In this document: one piece after another, positions 49,291 through 62,088 of the stretch
Position numbering within the stretch: position 1 is the stretch's first letter
How the letters are laid out: each line of letters starts with the position of its first letter
Translations under genes and position numbers: made by a program
The notes under the pieces: generated by a model
Database searches by the model: none
Seen by the model: only the letters and a program-made list of their open reading frames with translations
Told to the model about the DNA's origin: nothing
From: Haliotis cracherodii
Taxonomy: Eukaryota
Direction: 5' to 3'
Assembly: GCF_022045235.1 (NCBI RefSeq)
Contig: NW_027266341.1
Span: forward strand, 6,138,001 to 6,202,000
DNA: 64,000 nucleotides

Positions 49291-51084
49291 CTTACTATAG
49301 TCAGAATGGTACAATGGACTGATTTCACGGGACAGATTTCTATCAATTATGGAAAGGATTTTCTCCCTCATATTTACATCAGACAAGAGAACTATGATAA
49401 CTGATATTTCATGTGCTTAGCGAACATATTATTTTTTAAATATTATTTTTATTCTGAAAAGTTCTTAATCTGAATCTGTTCATAGATATATTTTGATATT
49501 AGGAAAACGAATTAGTGCGTGAGTTGGTTTAAGCGTCGCCTTGCACAGTATTTCAGTCACTCCAGCTTGACATCAGTGTAAGAATCTACATCGCAACGTC
49601 GTTGTATGCAATAAACCAGACGTTGTTATCCATAACGTTGTTCGTTTTCTTATTTCACTTTCGGGTCACCTTAATGTTGGTCATCTGCCTTTCTGTGGGA
49701 ACACCACCATTCTTCCAGCCCATCCTGGTGCAGCTAAGGTACCAAACTCCGCATGAAAATCCCGAATTCACTAACCATGTCTCAAGACAGACTAAATAGT
49801 AAGCGATCCAATTATGCTGACTTACTTTGATTTTATTTCATTTTTTACAACTACAACTTGTCACCCACCAATCCTATAGACAACATTGCTCTTTATGCAC
49901 TTACGACGACCCTTAAACGAGAGACGTAGTATCGTCTCGTATAATTGCATTACTGATATTCTCTGTGCGACCATCAAAATACCAACCTTCAGTCTGAAAT
50001 ATCATTGTTCCTCTAAACTGCCTCCAAGCAGTAATTCAGTTAGATGTGTACGTTTATGTCGCCAGCGTCACCCCAGACTGATAGAGAAGGGGACATTACT
50101 TCCCAAGTCACAGTATTTTCAGTGGGAATCCCTGATGGCTGGTGATCTGTTACTCACCTGCCTGTCTGTGTAAGAAACGCATTTCAGCAGTTCGTCTAAG
50201 ACCATGGACTGGACTATATGTACCCAACTTACTTCTGTCTACACATTACTAATTACATATACCCCGAGGAATAAAAGTGAATTTAAAAAGTTTACTCGCA
50301 GATTAAGGCCTGGTCCTAAATCATCTTCTGGCATGAACAAAACAAAATGAATAGGCTCAAAAACACTTAGGGCTAACTCTTAAACATAATTGCTGCCGGA
50401 GTGAATGCATAAATGCCAGAAGTGCACATCATATTGGGCGGAAAGCGAAAAGATTTAGGAACTCTGTCCAAATCATTCATTCTGCAAATATTTGAATATG
50501 TGAGACAATTGTGAATGGTCATAAAAATAAGTTATTCAGAACATGTGGAGTTGCCCAAAGGACTTTTCGGTGGAACATGATTCATGAAACATAAATAGCT
50601 CTGGGTGAAGTTAGGCACATGTTCTGGAACAAATTGACAACTTTGATATAAAATGATCAATAAAGTATCACCAGAGCATGTTTGTTATCCTGTTCCAAAG
50701 AAAGCAGGCAATAATAATCTTACAAATATTCCAAAACTTCAAACGATGAACTGCATAGCTGTGAATAATGCAGTCATGTATTCCAGACACAGTCACATTA
50801 CCATATGAAGCTGCCACGTCTCATCATACTGCTACCAACCTTCTGTCATATAATCACAGGTGATTTTTGTTGTTGTAGACAATAACAACCTTCGTAGTTG
50901 TCAAATATGGAACAGAGTATCGAGAGGTATCAGCTGTCATTTGGGATCACCATCACTTTGAAAGTTGTCCATGCATATGCCGAAAGAATGGGTCGAAACT
51001 GAAGATCAGATGAACGTGATAAATGTCTTTCAGAGAGGGTGAGTGCGTGATGTTGTCAATTATAGAATGCACAAACTGAAAGAG

Positions 51085-51237
51085 TTAGTGAGTGAGTATG
51101 GTTTTACGCCGCTTTTAGCAATATTCCAGCAATGTCACCAGAAATGGGCTTCACACATTGTACCAAAGCCTGGAATCGAACCCGGGTCTTTGGCGTGACG
51201 AGCGAACGCTTAAACCACTAGGCTACCCGACCGCCCC
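51085..51237 (-). mobile_element. SINE family A with small internal deletion
   Basis: TSD ACAAACTGAAAGAG at 51071 and 51238. Confidence 0.92.
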
Positions 51238-51249
51238 ACAAACTGAAAG

Positions 51250-52015
51250 AGAAAACAGAATTGGAATAAATCCAACCAACCAGCTTTTGCCACTGACAAG
51301 GCCTTAAGTAACATCAGCATCTGTATATAATTGTTACATAATCTACATTAGAATTTGGTAAAAATGACATATGAAAATAATCCTAGTATGTTAACTAATG
51401 AAGAAATCTGCATCAGTACTATAAAGGTTTGATTTGATTCTCAAACCTGAAGACATGTCCATTCCTCTTTTGTACTTGATTCGATAGCTTAATCATCGAC
51501 CCAAGAGAGAGATATTGCTGGTCCACCAGCTAATGTACAACAACATCCGTGTCTCAAGTTTAATCGTAATCCTGAATACAGTCAAGGAAGAAATGTTTGA
51601 GACAACTGGAAGGAATACCGTGTGGATTCTCAGAAACTACAATTAGTGGATTCTACGAAACCCAAAGATCTTTTTAAAAAAAAACTATCCCACGCCCGAC
51701 AAAACTTCATTCCTTGATTCGTGGGACAATTGCCACTAAACGTGGTTACCATATATCTCAATCTCCAAAGAATCGGGACAATTTGTCAGAAATATAAACA
51801 AATATCATCTGAGGTTTACTGAGGAAACAATACGCTGGACCTCTATATTGATAGCCTCTATGTGAGATTAGGGAATAAACATATTGGCAAGAAGTAGGCA
51901 TGCCCGTGGGTACCACTTGTGCTCCTTCCTCGTCTTGTTGATCTGTTTCTTTACGCATAAGAACCGGAAATTCTTCTTAGATTGGCAACCTTAAAACAAG
52001 TGAATTTGGTTCAAG
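51250..52015 (+). mobile_element. Penelope-like element RT fragment
   Basis: TDKALSN, NTVWILRN, WQEVGMPVGTTCAP then DLFL; homologous to the minus-strand fragment 58450-59780. Confidence 0.65.
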
Positions 52016-52557
52016 CTTCAGGTCAAGAAGCTCGAAAAGCCCTAAGATCATTGTAACGTTATTGTAAGGAAATCGTAAACTGTCGTAGCCTATTTTCGCA
52101 ACTATTGTAGCTCTAAGATATCATAAGAATGTTGTAAACACAGTTTCATATCTGTCGTAAGTTTATTTTAAATTCGTGCGCGTGGGTTTCTGAGAAGTGG
52201 TAAACGTCTGAGACCTGCATCACTTTGGGCTCTCCTCCTGACAGTGACTTTTCGTAATAAACGAGAGACAACAGAAATGGCTTCATACATGGTTGGGAAT
52301 GGAAACCGGATCTGCGGCGTTACAAGCTCACGGTTCGGCAACTTGGCTACCAAACCACCTCTGTGTGATTTGAGTCTATATTTCAAGTCACAGAAATAGA
52401 TAATATTAAAAGTTATATCTGATACGTATGCAAAGTGGGTAGAAGACCTGAAGAACCTGTTCATGGAGTGTATGATGAGGTCTTTCATTGAATCCTTCCG
52501 ATGAATATAAAATGATAAAGAGGAAAAGACTGGATAAAGAACCCATACGAGTAGTAT

Positions 52558-52820
52558 TGGTTGGTTTGTTGTTTAGCGCCGCACACAACACTATTCCAGC
52601 TATATGAAGGCGTTCTGTAAATAATCGAGTCTGGACCAGACAATCCAGTGAATCATATCACGAGCATCGATCCACGCAATTGGGATCGATGACATGCATC
52701 AAGCAAGTCAGCGAGCCTGACCTCCCGATCCAGTTAGTCGCCTCTTATGGCAAGCATAGTCTCCTTTTACGACAAGCATGGGATGCTGAAGGCCTAATCT
52801 ACCCCTGATCTTCACGGGTC
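52558..52820 (-). mobile_element. SINE-like family C, full length (duplicated-hairpin variant)
   Basis: (TTGG/TTTG)n tail to ..GATCTTCACGGGTC head. Confidence 0.9.
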
Positions 52821-53094
52821 GTACGAGCAGTGTGCGTAGGTCACGGAGAGGCACGGAGCCAGTGGTGAAGTTCTTGTAACTGACGCTAGAATAATAGTTT
52901 CCCATGGCCAATTAAGGAAAAGACTGAGAAGTGAATAAGTTTAATATTATGCCGATATAATAGTATACCAGCTATATCGGAGTGAATCAGCTTAAGGCTT
53001 AAGTTCAAATCTAACGTAACGTCATGCTTTGGAACGACCGAAGAGAGGCATCTCTTTTGAGCTGTCCGCGAGAACAGATGCTGGCAAGCACTTT

Positions 53095-53335
53095 TTGTTT
53101 GTTTGTTTATAACGCCGCAGTCAGCACAATTCAAGCAATATGACAGCGGTCTGTAAATAATCGGGTCTGGATCAGCTGATACAGGGATTAATATCATCAG
53201 CATTGATCAATGCACTTAGGATAGAATACATGCTTCAACGAAGTCAGCGAGCCTGACCACACGATCATGTTAGTCGTCTCTTACGACAAGCATTGGTTCC
53301 TGTAGACCTATTCTAACCCGGATCTTTACGGGTCT
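53095..53335 (-). mobile_element. SINE-like family C, full length
   Basis: (TTTG)n tail to CCCGGATCTTTACGGGTC head. Confidence 0.85.
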
Positions 53336-53830
53336 GGCAAACTATGGCAATCATTGGCTATATGGCCAGACTGATTCTTTTGAATAACGTCAAATGTTCC
53401 TGTAAATCATGTTTTAAGAACAATTGTTCGGTGCTTTCTTTCACAGTATTCAAATTAAGTATTTTGACGCAGTGGCCCCCATCCCAAATATTAACCGGAA
53501 GAACCTTTAACCCAAAACAACGGATCAAAGTGCGGCCAAAAGTCGTAATAGCTGTACACAGTAGATTATTTTATATCTCGGGGATATCAGTGCCCACAGC
53601 GCTATCTGCAGGGACGCTTCTCTTGCAAAATTCATCACAAAAGAGCCACGAATGAGGTTTTAATTAATCCTGTGATCTTTAAACAAATGCAAAAGAAATA
53701 TTCCGGTGTTTGTCATTGACAACAGTATTTTAAATTGGGCGAATAATATGGTTTACATCGTTTGATGTCTGATGTATTGACAGGCACATTTTTTCTGCGG
53801 GATGTGGTTTTCCCCTTTTTACAAATTGTA

Positions 53831-54022
53831 TTGTTTGTTTGCCGCACTCTGAAAATATTCCCGCTATATGACGACGGTCTGTAAATAATCGAGCCTGGAC
53901 CAGACAATCCACTGGTTGACATCATGAGCATCGCTCCACTCAATTGGGATACGATGACATGCATCAACCACGTCATCGAGCCTGACCACCCGATCCCGTT
54001 AGTCGTCTCTTACGATAAGCAT
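53831..54022 (-). mobile_element. SINE-like family C, 5'-truncated
   Basis: GCCGCACTC..CTGGACCAGACAATCC..GTTAGTCGTCTCTTACGATAAGCAT. Confidence 0.85.
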
Positions 54023-55030
54023 ATTTTGATAGTGCTATAGGAACCGTTAAGATGAATATGTGTTTCTTATCAGGGAATCGTTATATGTTAGTTTAAGTGT
54101 GATTCTTCTCTGATCCGAAGCCAAACAAGCCATACCTAGACCGCATTTAAGAATATAATTACATCCATTGCCAAGTAAATATCCTCTTAAAATGCTTTCA
54201 CACCATCAACACGATAACTGAAGTGTCATTTAGCAGATATGTAAGCCGCGTCCATTATTTTCTCATTATTAATAATTACTGAAGTGTTTAAGGAAAAACA
54301 AAAAACATGTAAACAACCTCCCATATAGGAATTAACCAAACTCATTTGTATAAATATTTATGTTTTGATCACACAGTTACGTCAATATCTGGTTTCAAAG
54401 CACAATATCCCGAACCATCATTAATTTTCCATATAACTCTATTGTCAATAATAATACCAATCCCAGTGGTGCTGAGTTGCTCACACGTTCCGCATTCAAA
54501 AGACCAGCTCGTATTTTTGGCTTTGTTGAGAAGTGCATTAGGCAAGAGCACCACAGTTCCCGAGAGGTTTGGTTTCACTCAATTGTTTGTCACGAACGCC
54601 TCGGCGTTGCACGAGCCTATCAGCCAACCACAGACGTACAAGGGTCATCGAAACAGTGTCTCCTCTTCCCATTGTCTCTAACACAGTTTCAGTGAATCTA
54701 TTTGAAGTATCCATTCCTCTAACCCAGTCCTTCCCAGTGTTCGCTTCAGAACCATGTATTGATATTTTGCATATGTTTGCTCTTTTCGAGATTCCTATTA
54801 CTTGAACAGACGTAAACAGAAGAGGATTCAACACTGAGTATATTCAGACCAATCTCGAAACTAGATTGAAGTGATTATTTGAATAAAGGATACTTGAATA
54901 TTTGTGCTGATTCTTTTCAATTGGTGTTTTTTTCGAGGAATGTATATCGTATTTCTTAATGTCCAATAGAACTGTCAACTCTGTTCCCATCTGGGATCCG
55001 CTTTGTAAAACGGATTACTCTTTTTGCATA

Positions 55031-55212
55031 AGGGGTGGTGTGATAGCCTTGTGGTTAAAGCGCTCGCTCGCCACGCCGAAAACTCGGATTCGATTCCCCA
55101 CATGTGTAAAATATGGGACGCCCATTTCTGGTGTCCCCGCCGTGATATTGCTGTCATATTGCCATAAGCGGCGTAAAACTATACTCACTCACTCACTCAC
55201 TCACTCACTCAC
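55031..55212 (+). mobile_element. SINE family A
   Basis: TAGCCTTGTGGTTAAAGCG..GATTCGATTCCC..GCGGCGTAAAAC..(ACTC)n. Confidence 0.85.
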
Positions 55213-55703
55213 TATTTGCATTATATTTTTCGACCATTTAAGTCACCGAATCAATGCATAACAAAATGTATTTTCTGAAAACGTTTATGAATCAATGCTT
55301 TGTGATTATCTATACACATTTAAAATAAACTTCACTTCTATATGTCTGTATTAAAATATTTTACACTTCTATTAATGTTAATTTCAAAATTACCAATATT
55401 TAAATAAAATAATTGCATTTTATTCATTACTATTATTAGGGTAAATTGAAAGTAGATTTAGTGAAAAGGAAAATTACCTATAATATTTATCATGGCCTGA
55501 CATGACGCCGAGAATCCAATACGTTTTGTTATAGTGTCCAGATGTCACCAACATACGTAAAGAGTCATGTTAACCTGTTATCATCGAAACTAATGATGTG
55601 GCCAATTTCTTACTTTGCTGCTGCTCATGTGTTGTACCCGGACGGACGTCACGGCTGCTCCTACTTTCAATCACAGGTTTGTCTGATCAAGACACGATTA
55701 TTT

Positions 55704-55852
55704 AGAGTGAGTATGGTTTGACGCCTCTTTTAGCAATTGTCTTGGGTACACCAGAAAGGGGCTTCACTTATTGTACCCATTTATGGAATCGAACCCGGGC
55801 CTCCGGCGTGACCAGCGAACGCTTTAACCAATGGGCTACCCTGCCGTCCCCG
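55704..55852 (-). mobile_element. SINE family A
   Basis: GAGTGAGTATGGTTTGACGCC..GGAATCGAACCCGGG..GGCTACCC. Confidence 0.8.
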
Positions 55853-56589
55853 AATATTTAGAAGCCGTTGCTGGAATATCCCAGACACTCACTTAAATAG
55901 TTACACACTTATCATGATTTTGAAGCCTTGTCAGTTTGATACCTTCACAGGTTGGGATCATATCATCAGCGTACAAAGTAAGTAGTGTACAATTATAGTT
56001 GTTTGTGTCCTGTAATATTTTGTGGGGCACTCATGCTGTTGTAAATATATATATATCGTTCATCCTTGTTTTGTATGTGGGTTAAAAGGTATTTATAGTC
56101 GCCCGTATCTGTGTCTTTCTTGACATTGTAAATAGCTAATCGGTTTTAGAACACAGTCTCTGTGTGTCCATTACGTAGAGGTGACTAAAAGGTTACACCA
56201 ATTACTCCGTGTGTTTACAGTGTACACGTTGATGTTTACCCAATCCTTGCCTCCAGGCAGACTCCGATGTATGCGTGTGTACGTGTTGGCCATACTGTGC
56301 ATCTTGAGGAGTGGGATAATTGTCTTGTGTATAAAATGTGCCATTCATTGTCTCTCTACATTGCGTGTTCATGGTATGACCTTCTGGGTTGTTGTGTTAC
56401 GGCATGCTGTCAGGTTCTTCGATATGTTACAATGGATTTGTGCTTCGCCGAACTGAGGTGGCTTCCTCCAACGTCACGAAACGTCTGTTTTGGTTTTTTT
56501 TTAACATGTATCATTGCCTTCCTTTCATTTAGTGTCTTCAGGGCTATGTTCCCTTGCAAACGTGTGTCTGTGTGTCATTATATCTGTGT

Positions 56590-56811
56590 GTTTGTTTGTC
56601 GTTTAACGCCGCACTCCAGCTTATTCCAGCTATATGACGGAGGTCTGTAAATAATCGCGTCTGGACCAGACAATCCGGTGATTAATATCACGAGCATCGA
56701 TCTGCGCAATTGGGATCGATGACATGCATCAACCAAGTCAGCGAGCCTGACCACCCGATCCCGTTAGTCGCCTTTTACGACAACATGGGTTGCTGAAGAC
56801 CTACACGGGTC
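56590..56811 (-). mobile_element. SINE-like family C
   Basis: TTTAACGCCGCACTC..GTTAGTCGCCTTTTACGACA..CACGGGTC. Confidence 0.88.
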
Positions 56812-57221
56812 ATCTCTCTGAGTGTATGAATGTCGATCCCTTCAATGGTTTAGGATTTTATGTTTACTTATGTCCGTACATGTCTGCCTATGTTTCTATT
56901 CAAACAGCCAACGCCATAGAATTACCGATTCCTTAACGAGTAAAAGACAACTATATGAATGGTTCACTGTACATCAGTGACGACACCAGGTGTTCCCGAA
57001 AAGGGTAGGGTTGTCCTGCTCTACCAGTAGCACCCGCTACCCACACAATTTTCAGAAACAGATTTGTTTATTGCCGAGCATTACTTCTGCCATACGACGG
57101 TGACCTGCAACTATCGATTCTGGACCAGACAATCCAATGATCAGTCTCATGAGCAATGATCCACGTCATCGGTCTACAAGGCCATTGAGGAAGGAGCCCT
57201 GTAATGGCCACAGAATGGAAA

Positions 57222-57565
57222 CCGCCTCCGTGGTCTAGTGGTAGAGCGTCTGCCCGGAGAGCGGAAGGTCCGGGGTTCGATCCCCGACCGCGTCGTACCA
57301 AAAAGACGCTAAAAGATGGTACTTGTTACCCTGTCTGGCGCTCGGCATTAAGAGGCTAAAACAAGGACTGGTCGGCTCGGAGTAAGTATACTGTGTCTGA
57401 GTGGGGTATTCATGTTAAACTGCGGCATGGTATCTCAGTGAGCTAGCACTATATATCGGCATCAGTCCGGACTAGTACAGGCAGCCACACACGCACACAC
57501 GTGCATGCACGTCGCTATATAAGTGCAATAATCTTGGACGCGACGGTAAAACCAATTTCACCTCA
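57222..57565 (+). mobile_element. tRNA-derived SINE, family D (Meta-domain-like central region), full length
   Basis: A box GTGGTCTAGTGG, B box GGTTCGATCCC, central AAAAGATGGTACTTGTTACCCTGTCTGGCGCTCGGCATTAAG resembling the MetaSINE domain (from recollection); 14-bp TSD CCACAGAATGGAAA at 57208 and 57566. Confidence 0.85.
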
Positions 57566-57956
57566 CCACAGAATGGAAAAGCATCACGCATCATGTTGAC
57601 AATAAAAGCGCAAGCTTTGTCCATAATCATGATAAATTGCTACCAAAAGCAGAGTGCAATGTACGAATCCGGCTATATCATAAGCATGTATTTATGAATC
57701 ACTAACAGGGAGTGATGATACCAGGTGTTCACGAAAAGGTGAGTGTATTCTGCGCCGCCGGTTGCACCCGCCACAAACACATGTAAATAATGCATTGTTC
57801 GATTCCGCCTTTATCATGAGCACGTGTTCATGATTACAACGCGTCATGCATGTAATGAATTCCCATGAATATCGACCATACAATTTTCGGAATTATATAA
57901 GCAGGCCTTTGATTGTGTAACCATCACAGAAAAACTTCGTCGTCACAAACACACGA

Positions 57957-58225
57957 GACCCTCGAAGATCCGGGGTAGAATAGGTCTATGGCAACCCATG
58001 CTTGCCGTAAAAGGGGTCTATGCTTGTCGTAAAAGGCGACTAACGGGATCGAGTGGTCAGGCTCGCTGACTTGGTTGATTTATGTCATCGATCCCAATTG
58101 CGTGGATCGATGCGCATGATATTAATCACTAGATTGTCTGGTCCAGACTCGATTATTTAGAGACCGTCATATAGCTGGAATATTGCTGAGTGCGGCGTAA
58201 AACAACAAACAAACCAACCAACCAC
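57957..58225 (+). mobile_element. SINE-like family C, full length (duplicated-hairpin variant)
   Basis: GACCCTCGAAGATCCGGGG head to GCGGCGTAAAAC(AAAC)n tail. Confidence 0.9.
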
Positions 58226-58278
58226 AAACACATGCAAAGGCAAGGCAAATGTTAACCTGAGAACACACGGGAACATAT

Positions 58279-58388
58279 GGTTGGTTTGTTTGTTTGTTGT
58301 TTTACGCCCCACTCAGACAAGCATAGTCGCCTTTTACGCCAAGCATGGGTTGCTGAAAACCGATTCTACCCCGGATTCTTCACGGGTC
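58279..58388 (-). mobile_element. SINE-like family C, internally deleted
   Basis: Tail TTTTACGCCCCACTCAG joined directly to head ACAAGCATAGTCGCCTTTTACG..CACGGGTC. Confidence 0.8.
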
Positions 58389-58449
58389 GGGGAGCACATG
58401 GTCAAAACAGGGAAATGCATCGGACAGCATTTCACTGATGTGCCACATT

Positions 58450-59780
58450 TGGACATGTCCTCCACATGTCTACCATAAAAACGCTCTTATTTAGGCCTTG
58501 AAGTTGTAACCTCGATCCAAAGACTTCCGAGCAAGAGATGCATGACGCTCGTTGAAATCTTGGTAGACAGGGCATCTTCGGTTGCACCTAAAGGGCTAGA
58601 GCTGCAGGTATATTGGTCGACATAAAGGGAAAGTTGGCTATTGAACAATTGAAGTAATCCCTTTTGTCATATAGTCTTGTGGGGAGTGTTCTGTAACTGA
58701 ATCTAAATGCATAGATCTATGAAACAGATTAGGCGGTCTCACTGGTCTCTTTAATTTCTAGTTCGGGTGGGTCGTTGGAAGGAAATTGGCTATTTGATGA
58801 TTATTGGACGATATCAGATCATCGATACACCCGAAGCTTAAGTTAAACTTCTTGGACAAATTACCATGTTTTGACGTTGCCAATCCAAGCAAAACATCTT
58901 ATACAAATGCATACAGAAACAGATCAGCAAGAAGGGAGCACAAGTGGTGCCCACGGAGATGCCTACTTCTCGTCTAAATGTCTTACCCCCAAATTTCATA
59001 TTTTGACAATTTGACAAATTGACCTGAACCTGAAAAGATAGATATGTAATTGTATATATGGTCACGATGTTTTGTGACAAAAGATCCATTGATAAAGTTT
59101 TCTTTAGTTTGTCAAGTAGAGTAGTGGTAAACAAATCAAATGTTTTGCAGGAATTGAACCTGGTTCTGTTCTTCGATGGTAAAATCTCAAGCAAATACTT
59201 CTAGTTCCTTTGAGAATCCACATGGTATTAATTCCACTTAATTATAAAGAAAGTCCTTCCTTGAGCTTTTAAGGATTATCGTTAATCTTTGAGACAGGGG
59301 TTTGGTGGTACATGAGCTGGACCCAGCAAAATATTTCTCTTTTGTGCGTTTTCTTTGGATCTTTGGTATCCAGTACATATGAGGAATAAACACGTCTTAC
59401 AGTCAAGTCAAACGTTGATAGGTCTGATGTCTGGTTTTGACAGATTTCTTCCTTTGGTAACATACTGGCCGCATATGTGACATTATTTGTTGTGTCACTT
59501 AAACCAATTTCTTTGATTATTGCAGTGGTGCATAAATTGTATGGTTATGCTATTTGAGGCCTTGTCAGTGGGTACAACTACAAAAGGTTTCATGTAGGGA
59601 ATCCATACTTTACAACAAAGGTTTTATGTAAGGAAGCCATACTTTGGATGGCCACAGAATGGGTTTGTTCCAATTCTGTTTCCTCTTTTTCTGTTTGTGC
59701 ATTCTATCAATGACAACTTCACTCACTGCCTTAATATAACCCACTCTAAAAAACATTCCACAGGTTCTTCTTCTCGTTTG
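58450..59780 (-). mobile_element. Penelope-like element RT fragment (Neptune/Naiad-type motifs)
   Basis: VVVPTDKASNS, SGINTMWILK, FGGKTFRREVGISVGTTCAPFL(ADLF), CIDDLI, ELEIKET, LYDKRDYFNCSIANFPFMSTNIP; many frameshifts. Confidence 0.8.
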
Positions 59781-60207
59781 ACCCGTTCATTAGCATATGC
59801 TTCGACAGCATCCATAATGGTATTATAGTTGTGATCCTAATAGGTAGGAGGCTGCTCGTGATATTTTTGGTCCTTATATGTGTTACAGCTTCTATAGTCG
59901 CACACATACTCACAATTAAAACAATATTTACACATATACCTAACATAGACATCATTTCACAAGTAACATGACGTACATTTAGACAAATATGTGGTAACCC
60001 TCATAGGAAATATTAGATAAACATAACCAAATTTCAATATAATTGGCAGTAGCTTAAAACCTCATACGTTAGAATACTGCCACTAACCTTCCTACTTTAA
60101 AAACCTTTTTATGACTTATTTATTCTTTTTATTCTTATTTTACCTTTAAATCATATAATATAAAACATCATGTCAGATCCTATAATGGTAAAACAAACAT
60201 GTACAAA

Positions 60208-60464
60208 GAGTGAGTGAGTGAGTTGGGTTTAATGCCGCTTTTAACACTATTCCAGTCATATCACGGCGTGTCAGCTTAAGGTCTCAGCCGTTTTACCACT
60301 TCGGTGAAACCCACGAGCACGGGTATGGTGCTAACAAACCTAGAAACATAAGCGGGGCGAACCGGGATTCGAACCCACAATCATAGGTTTCTGACGTGCC
60401 CAAGGGACGCAACTCTGCACAGCGAATCCAGGCGCCTTAGACGACTGGCCCACCCGTGCCCCCT
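60208..60464 (-). mobile_element. SINE family B
   Basis: TSD CATGTACAAA at 60198 and 60465; internal ~30-bp deletion. Confidence 0.92.
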
Positions 60465-61107
60465 CATGTACAAAAAAACAAAATTAAGACATTAAAATCC
60501 CATGAAAATGTCACTGCTTCATTTGAATAACTGGTTGTTACTGTCAACAACATAGTAGTCACCCCTGGTTTTATGATCTACAGGTTGGTAGCAGTATGTT
60601 GAGTCGTGGCCACCACAAGTAGTGGAATTTACATCATAAGCTGTAAAGTCCACGTTCTGCAACATTTTCCATTAATTTATCAACCTCGATGAAATGTTGT
60701 TCTTATAGGAAAATGAAATTGTTGGAGGTTCCTAAAATTTGAAATATTGTGACACTTTTTGGAAAACTGATGTTTGTCTGAGAATGCTACTTAAATTTAA
60801 GGCACCAATTCCCTTGTTTGCAAGTTTCAAATTCAGATGTGGCCTTTGTCTGATTTAGCGGAGTCTGTGTCTGGTTTGTGTCTGTAAAAAATCGAGTCTG
60901 GGCCAGACATTCCAGTAATGTATATCATGCGTTCTCGTTGTTGGAAAATTACGACGTTAACCTATTTTTAAAACTGGAACCAAACAACATCCCTGATAAA
61001 ACATGACCATTGATTCTTGAATGAAGTACCATACATGTCCAAACCCATGTGCTAAAATCGAATCTCATGTTTGAGGCAAAATTATTTCTGACGATCGTGT
61101 CCAAATA

Positions 61108-62088
61108 TACTGAACAACAAAAGTTTACATATTGAATAAGATTTAATGCAAAGTTATGTTTTTTTACCAAATCTGAAACAATTTCGGTTTGCAACAGATA
61201 AAAGACTCCTGTAAGTGTTCAAATGGTTTAATTTGCCATTCTGACTTCACAAAATGCGTGATTTCATAAAAAAAAAAGAACCACATGAACATGCCAAAAT
61301 GTCAATTTACAAATCAATAGCGTGTTTTGTCCACCTCTGGTTGCGATGCAAGCAACACATCTTCGTCTCATGGAATGGACCAGGCGTCGCAACAAAGTCC
61401 TGTGGGATATCTCTCCATATCTGCTGGAACATGTTTCGAAGTTCCTGGAGTGTCTGTGGAACACGTGGTTGACGTCGAAGGCGCCGATCCACCTCATCCA
61501 ACATGTGCTCGATTGGTGAGAGATCAGGGGAGCGAGCCGGCCAGGGGATGACATTCACGTTGTTTTGTTGAAGAGAATCCTGAACAAGTAGAGCAATATG
61601 AGGCCGGGCGTTATCATGTTGAAAGGTAATGCCTGGGCCATTACGATAGAATAACAGGGCCAATGATCTCGTCGCAGTAGCGCAGTCCATTGAGATTTCC
61701 CTCTACAACTATCAAACGGGTCCTCTGTCTTCCTATAATCCAACCCCATACAATAACGCTGTCTCGTTGTCTCGATCCTGCTTCAAGCATTGAATTATAA
61801 TAATTTTCCAATGGCTCGCAGACGCTCATTTTCGGACAGGCGTGGTATTTCGTAATGTTGAATAATTGCGTAATTTTGTTGTATTTCTGAGTGGTTGTTG
61901 TCAGCACGATGCTAAACAATGCATATGGAATTCCGTTAACGCACATGTTTTTATACCCATTCTTGGGTGGTGAAATGCATAATAGTCAACTTTTGCATAG
62001 AATGCATGCTTTTCTGTAGCAGTTTAACTTTACTTGTTTGATAAATACACTAAGATATTGGTGTCACAGGAACGTTTGTTGTTGAGTA
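61108..62088 (-). mobile_element. Tc1-family (DD34E) transposon, internally deleted
   Basis: TA-flanked TIRs TACTGAACAACAAA / TTTGTTGTTGAGTA; FQHDNARPH..WPARSPDLSPIEH with D-34-E spacing; N-terminus PRLSENERLRAIG..MLEAG joined directly to SVIVWG, i.e. most of the DNA-binding region and first Asp deleted. Confidence 0.9.

Noticed and set aside
54346-54834. Cluster of overlapping ORFs as lectin or other host exon
   Set aside because: No recognisable motif in any frame that I can support.
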